A DNA stretch of 36,078 nucleotides. It comes from Pelomyxa schiedti (taxonomy: Eukaryota; Protista; Evosea). The notes beneath the pieces are model-generated. The model was not told where the DNA came from. It made no database searches and saw only the letters and a program-made list of their open reading frames with translations. Positions 29,630 through 36,078 of this stretch are shown here, in pieces. A program made the position numbers and the translations under genes. How positions within the stretch are numbered: the first letter of the stretch is position 1; the number at the start of each line of letters is the position of its first letter. The stretch covers positions 1 through 36,078 of the forward strand of contig JAHLWZ010000968.1 in NCBI GenBank assembly GCA_020536535.1, written 5' to 3'.

Positions 29630-31599
29630 ATGGACCGCGGTACCACGAGCAGGGGCAACAACCGGGGCGGGAGGGGGAGGGGGAGCGGGAAGGGGCGACA
29701 AGGCGGGGGCGGTGCGAGGCCCTACGGCCCCCCGCCGCTGCTGTTCGCCACCACCGCGGCGTCGGGCACGGCAACGGGGACGGGGGGGATACCGGCCCCG
29801 CCCCTGCCCCCCGGCGCCCACCTAGACCCTGAAGACGTGCGTGCGTTTTGGTTGTGGGTTTGTGTTGGTGTTTCGTACTTGTGGGACGACGTGACGTTAC
29901 GTGACGTGTGGGCCAGGGCTAAGATGTCTAACCCAAACATATGCACTATTTTTAGGTGGCGGAATCGAGGAACATGGCGATGAGAAATAAGGCACGAGGA
30001 TTGGCACGTGCACAAAAGAGGGAGGAGGACGACGAATCTGACGCCCACAACTTCCTCACTATGTTCAGGAAAACCCCAAAGTAATTTCTTCTTTTTTCGG
30101 TTTTTGGATAGATTATGAATATAATATAATTTTATGATTGTAATACAACGTGGCTCTGATTCTCTGGATTGACTATGGTTTTTTTTTTTCCCCTCGTAGT
30201 GAGAAGTTAACTGCTCCAGACGATGACGATGACGATGACGGCAACCTTGATGACGATGAGAAGGAGGAGGATTATGATGGTAATTTCGAAGTCTCGCCGG
30301 AGGAAGAAGCTGCTTTAGAGGCGTTTATGCCTCTTGATGGGGATATGAGCTTCTCAGAAGGTGAAGATGATGATTCCAGAGGGGCAGACACTTCAGATGT
30401 TGTGAGACACCAAATGGCGGCAAACGTAAAAGCCCTTGTTCAAAAACCAGCAATTGATGCGAAGGTTAAGCGCGTGTACCAAAGGTGACTTCCAACCCCC
30501 CATTTTTGAAATCTCCCGCTGACGCACCTTCAATACAGTGTAGGTCACCTTCTCAAATCATACACAATCGGAAAACTACCAAAAGCATTCAAGCTTCTCC
30601 CGGTTCTAACCAACTGGGAAGAGTTGGTCTTCCTCACTAACCCTGATGAGTGGTCACCACAAGCACTACACGCAGCTGTACGATTATTCGTCAGTGGTTT
30701 GAACCAGCGCGCATCCCAACGCTTTATGAACGTAGTTCTTTTGCCTTGCATCAGGGAGGCAATACAGACTAACAAGAAACTACACTTCCATCAGTACCTG
30801 GCTCTCAAGAGGGCATTATATAAACCGGCTGCTTTTTACAAAGGATTTTTACTACCGCTATGTGAGGTACTTCACTTCATTTCAACTGCAGCACAGTACC
30901 AAATTTATACCTAGAATGGGAGTTGCACACTTCGCGAAGCGGTTATTGTGGGAAGTGCTCTGGCGAAAGTTTCTATTCCAATGTTGCACAGTGCAGCCGC
31001 AATACTCAAACTTGCACAAATCCCGCTCGCTCGATATCACCCAACAACGAGTGTATTCATGCGGATTCTGCTGGACAAGAAATATTCTCTCCCATACCGA
31101 GTCATAGACGAGGTTGTGAACCACTTTGTCCGGTTTGTCGGCGATTCCAGAAGGATGATTGTCTTATGGCACCAATGCCTGCTTGTTTTCGTGGAAAGGT
31201 TGGTTGAATTCAGCTTCACCCGATTCCCGTTCCTAATGACATCATTTTAGGTACAAGGCTGACCTGACTACTACGCAGAAAGACCAGTTACGGGCATTGA
31301 TGCGAGTTCACACACATACACAAGTAACACCGGAAATCAACACACACCTCGACCACTCGGCTTGCCGCGGAGAACAAAGGCTAGGTTAGTAATCCCCTCT
31401 CCACACGCAACCACAAGAAACCAAAACAACATCAATTCCCCCATCCCGTACCTCACCTACTATCACGCGTTGAAATACAGTCAACTAATTAATTCCCTTT
31501 TTCCCCACAGACCCTGCTACTGAGGAGTTACTATCAAAGCAGTTCATCATCACCACAACCACCACCCTCCCCTCCACAACACTGACAAACAAATCCTAG
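29630..31599 (+). CDS. BYSL: Bystin / Enp1 (pre-40S assembly factor), multi-exon
   Basis: YTIGKLPKAFK, KKLHFHQYLALKRALYKPAAFYKGFLLPLC, CTLREAVIVGSALAKVSIPMLHSAAA, LLDKKYSLPYRVID, LWHQCLLVFVERYK. The last exon is uncertain (alternative stop at 31389). Confidence 0.93.
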
Positions 31600-31938
31600 A
31601 CAATATAACACCAACCAACAAATTACACGGCGACAAAATACAAAAAACAGCGACAGTCCCTTGGGCGGACACAAACACATCAGGGACTGTGATGGCCCAA
31701 TCGGTCCCCCCAAAGTGTCCCAAAACGGATTCATCGAATAGCTCTACATTCTATTTTTGAGCGAATCAAAAAGAAAACAACAAGCACCAGGCGACACCCC
31801 ATCGGCCGTACGTCGTTAGTTTTGTAGTTGCTTTTTTTACCGTGTCAACGCGTTTGTACTTTGTTGTTTATGTATCCATGTCCTTTTGTCGGTTAATGGG
31901 GGGTTTTTTTTTTTGTTTGGTGTTAATAGAGGAAAAAG

Positions 31939-34900
31939 ATGTCGGCGACACCAACAGCAAAGAAGGGTGCTGGTCCCGATGCAGTCTTGTTGACTGAGGA
32001 TGAACAGAACAAGTACCTTGAGGAGGCAAAGAACCAACTGAAAATACACGCCTTTTACATGAACAGAAACCTTGTGCGTTCATGTCTACCGTTAACTTGA
32101 TAAATTTCATTGTTCCCTTTTTAACTTGGAATTGGACTTAGGATACAAATAAACTTATGGACGCCTTGAAAAATGCTGCGGATATGATAAATGAACTCAG
32201 AACTTCCCAGTTATCCCCAAAGAGATACTACCTCCTATGTAAGCTTCTTGTTCCTACATCATAAACTCACTAGTGAAAAGACATGCTGGCGTTCGATGAA
32301 CTGAAACGCCTAGAAATGTACCTGTCTGATGAGCGCGACAAGCACGGAAAGAAAATGGCTGAATTGTATGAAATCGTACAATATGCTGGCAATGTTTTAC
32401 CGAGACTTTATCTGCTAGTAACCGTAAGTTGGTACGCGCTGCCGAGTACAAAGCGTCTCACCTTTAAATAGATCGGTTCTGCATATATCAAATGCAAGGA
32501 AGCTCCCACAAAGGACGTCCTTCGTGACTTGGTTGAGATGTGCAGAGGAGTGCAACACCCAACTCGCGGCTTGTTCTTGCGCAATTACCTCTCTGAGATT
32601 ACCAAGGACAAATTGCCCGACTTGGGTGGAGATCCGTGAGTTATTGTTATTCACATAATTCTTCTAACAAGAAACAGGGCTGATGGAGAAGTACGTGATT
32701 CAGTGAACTTCATCCTCTGCAACTTCACGGAAATGAACAAACTTTGGGTTCGACTGCACCAAGGACCCACTCGCGAGAGAGAAAAACGTGATGGGGAGAG
32801 GATGGAATTGCGTTTGTTGGTGGGCAAGAATCTTGCCAGACTGAGCCAATTGGAAGGTGTGGACTCTGATCTGTACACACAACTCATTTTGCCGCGACTG
32901 ATGGATCAGGTAATGATGGTTAATCAAAACTTCTTGCGAGCTCAATGTAAAAAGGTTATACAATGCCGAGATGTGATGGCACAACAATACCTGACAGAAA
33001 TTATCATCCAAGTACTTGAATCTATCAGTTTGCCCAAAATTGACCACCTTAAGGTTTTCCCTGACGAATTCCATCTTGTCACACTCGAACCACTTCTGCG
33101 GGGAATCGGCAAATTGACACCCAAGGTGGATATCAAGTCCATTATCAGCAGTCTTATTGACAGACTCGCTAAATTCGCTCTCTCCAGTGCCGAGGGAGCT
33201 GGCATTCCTTCCACCATCAATGTGTTCCGACTCTTCTCAGTTCACATTAGGAATATTGTTGCTGTGAGCGTCTTCCTTGGGGTTGTGGTAGCCTCATTAA
33301 CTGAACTACAGGAGCGTGAGATGCCTTGCGTGGACTATCTAGTCCTCCAAGTTTCTCTTGCCAATTTGTGCCTGAAGGTGTACCCACAGCAAGGCGAGTA
33401 CATTGATGAAGTACTGAAGAATGCCGCCGACTTCATGGCAGGCCTCAAGGACCCGTGTGTATCTCAGCCGTCCCTCTTCCTCTAAGTTTTGTGTAGCAAA
33501 GAATGCCAGCAAATGTCATGCGTTCAACAGATTACTCAATTACTTTCTCTCCCAATTGAAAGTTATGGTGACGTGCTGCGGGTAATTCATCTTTTTTAAA
33601 AAAAAAAGACTGAAACGTAGTATAGGTACTTGCACTTCAAAATTTCAACGCTGTTTGTTCATACCTTCTTTTTGACAAACGCAAATCCATCCAAGTCAGC
33701 TTGCTTCGCGCAATGGTGAAATCACCGACTGTAATCAGTACCGCGCAAGAAGTAGCTGCCTTGCTGTCGTTTATCCCAACTCTTCTGAGGGATGAACCTG
33801 AAGTTGACAAAGAATCAATTGACAAGGTTTTCCATTTAGCCCTATGGTTTTTCTTTTGTAATTTTCTTCCTCAAAAGGAGGACTTTTCTGAGGAACAAAA
33901 TCTTGTAGCAGCTACCATTCACATGTTCCGAAACGATAATCCAGAGATCCTTCTAGCTGTACATTCCCCTTTTAAACTTTATTCTCATATTTCCACAAGA
34001 TGTATCTTGGTGCGCGAAAGATCTTTGGCCAAGGAGGATCGGAAAGAGTTGTTCACACTCTTCCTCCCCTCATTTTCTCCGTTTTCAAGATGCTTACAAC
34101 GCTGAAACAAACCAATGAAGTACGCTCCCGCCATGTGTTTACCTGTATCAACTAATCACATCAACAGGAGTGGTTCCAACAACACCATAGACGACTTTTC
34201 AACTTCGAGCATGAGACTATTAAGGGACTTGCGACAAGTGGATTTTCCGAACTTGCTCTTCGATTATACTTGCAGGCATCTCAAGTTGCTGCCGTGTGTA
34301 AGCAGGAGCCTCATGCCTACGAGTTCTTTTGCCAGGTATGCTTCCTTGTTTTGGAAATGAAAACTAACCGAACAATAAGGCTTTCACTATCTATGAGGAT
34401 GAGATTGCTGACAGTGTGAAGCAAATCAATGCAATGGCAATTATCGTCGGAACACTCCATTCCATTCAATTTGAGCCCGACAATAACGACGCCCTCACAA
34501 CCAAGGTAAGCTCCCAATCTACCTGCAGTGTATTAACCTTGGTTACCCAAACAGACCGCCAAGCACTCGATGAAGCTCATGAAGAAGCCAGACCAATGCC
34601 GTGCCGTTTGCATGTCGGCGCATCTCTTCTGGCACGACCAACGAGAAAGAGAAGGAAAGCGAGTGCTGGAGTGCCTTCAGAAGTCCTTGAAGATTGCAGA
34701 CACTTGTGTAGAGGTCTGTTACGCAATCTTTCTAAATATATTAAACCAAATACCGGAAGCCACCAACCGCACTACGAAACAACGATACCTTCATCCCGCA
34801 ATCAACTAACACCAAACAAAACAAGCTCAATGCCAATATCCACCTATTTGTGGAGATTCTGAACCGGTACCTGTACTTCTTTGAGAAGCGCAACGAGTTT

Positions 34901-35092
34901 GTGCAAGTCAAGTACCTGAACGGGCTTATTGGCCTCATCAACGCCAGCATCGCCGCGCTCGAGGCAAGCGTAGCCGCGAGTGCCGAGATGGCACCCACAA
35001 TCACGTTCTACCAGAACACACTCGCGTTCATGAGGTGGAAGAAGCAGCGCTCCACGTCCGGCGCCCCTTACAACGAAATAGACATCCCGTAA
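31939..35092 (+). CDS. VPS35: Retromer subunit VPS35, multi-exon
   Basis: [104 protein letters not shown]. Confidence 0.97.
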
Positions 35093-35512
35093 TTAAAAAC
35101 CCACAACAGTCTGTTTGTTTTGGTGCAAGTAACAATAAAGTTTTAGGCACTACCAAGCAATGGTTTTTTAACGTTCGCTTCTAAAGGTAGCTCCCATAAG
35201 TACATGTTCTCAGAAAAAAATGAGTATTTTTGCCTAACACACAGAATGGCCAAAGGGTTGGCAACCCCCAATTTAGGTTTCAATCTAGGTTGCATTGGAA
35301 GTGATGTAAGACCACATCTTGGGCATTCAATCAGTGTCTCAATTACTCTTGGCCTTTATTGGTATGAAAATCATGTAAAAAAAGGACCAGGTTTTTGTAG
35401 ATAGTTTTTGTGCACAACATAAGGACCACCAGAAAAATGGTCAGCCCGTGGTACCAAATGATAATGAATCCAAGCCAATCCAATCCAATCCAATCCCAGT
35501 CTCGCACAGCAC

Positions 35513-35700
35513 AGTTGGCAGCCGCGCAAATTCGCAGGGAAGCCAAAGGCTGTCGAAGTTGCAGCCGCGCAAAATCGCAGGGAAGCCAAATGCTGTCAAA
35601 GTTGCAGCCGCGCAAACTCGCAGGGAAGCCAAAGGCTGTCAAAGTTGCAGCCGCGCAAACTCGCAGGAAAGGTCACAGCTGCAGCCGTGCAACGGTCGCC
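35513..35700. repeat. 43-bp minisatellite, about 4 copies
   Basis: gcagccgcgcaaa starts at 35518, 35561, 35604 and 35647, with a degenerate copy at 35681. Confidence 0.92.
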
Positions 35701-35717
35701 ACCCAGAGGGAGGGTCC

Positions 35718-35744
35718 CCATTCATTCATTCATTCATTCATTCA
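35718..35744. repeat. (TTCA)n microsatellite
   Basis: About 6 copies, read directly. Confidence 0.9.
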
Positions 35745-35910
35745 CTCTGAGAGGCCACCCACGCACACAGTCACATACAACATCAACCTTTTGATAACAG
35801 GCAACACCCACCTTTTCCACACCTTTTGTGGGTGTGACTGCTGGCTGTGACCGTGATGAAGGTGATGAGGTGATATGCTGACAAGATGAACAACCAAATG
35901 ATAATGAATC

Positions 35911-36020
35911 CAATCCAATCCAATCCAATCCAATCCAATCCAATCCAATCCAATCCAATCCAATCCAATCCAATCCAATCCAATCCAATCCAATCCAATC
36001 CAATCCAATCCAATCCAATC
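35911..36020. repeat. (CAATC)22 microsatellite
   Basis: 22 perfect copies, read directly. Confidence 0.95.
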
Positions 36021-36078
36021 CCAGTCTCGCACAGCACAGTTGGCAGCCGCGCAAATTCGCAGGGAAGCCAAAGGCTGT

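Larger units (their letters stand above)
35453..36078. repeat. Higher-order tandem repeat running off the window end
   Basis: accaaatgataatgaatc(caatc)n ccagtctcgcacagcacagttggcagccgcgcaaattcgcagggaagccaaaggctgt occurs at 35453-35553 and again at 35893-36078. Confidence 0.9.

Noticed and set aside
35513-35700. CRISPR array
   Set aside because: The 43-bp units are contiguous with no unique spacers, there are no cas genes, and the context is eukaryotic.
35911-36020. Telomeric repeat
   Set aside because: The C-rich strand runs toward the right end (wrong polarity) and the tract is internal to a larger repeat.
35734-36071. ORFs with LDWIG repeats
   Set aside because: They are translations of the (GATTG)n microsatellite.

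Overview
Compact, gene-dense eukaryotic DNA with many short (about 30-60 nt) GT-AG introns and the standard genetic code. The gene-family style suggests an archamoeba such as Pelomyxa (inference only). Left to right: (1) a low-complexity, probably decayed gene fragment; (2) a complete 3,173-bp Tc1/IS630-type DNA transposon at 1021-4193 with 191-bp TIRs and TA duplications, carrying a 4-intron DD34E transposase, a convergent spliced Cys-rich passenger gene and a tRNA-like Pol III cassette between them; (3) a papain-family cysteine protease; (4) a candidate Csm1/Pcs1 monopolin subunit; (5) RPGRIP1L/fantom; (6) a ~16-kb cluster of intronless paralogues with constant ends and a variable middle (7 long copies, 2 stubs), interleaved with an ankyrin-like gene and a second family sharing the same N-terminal module; (7) bystin; (8) VPS35; (9) a nested satellite at the window end. 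All splice models were built by hand and all product calls come from recognised motifs, with no database search.
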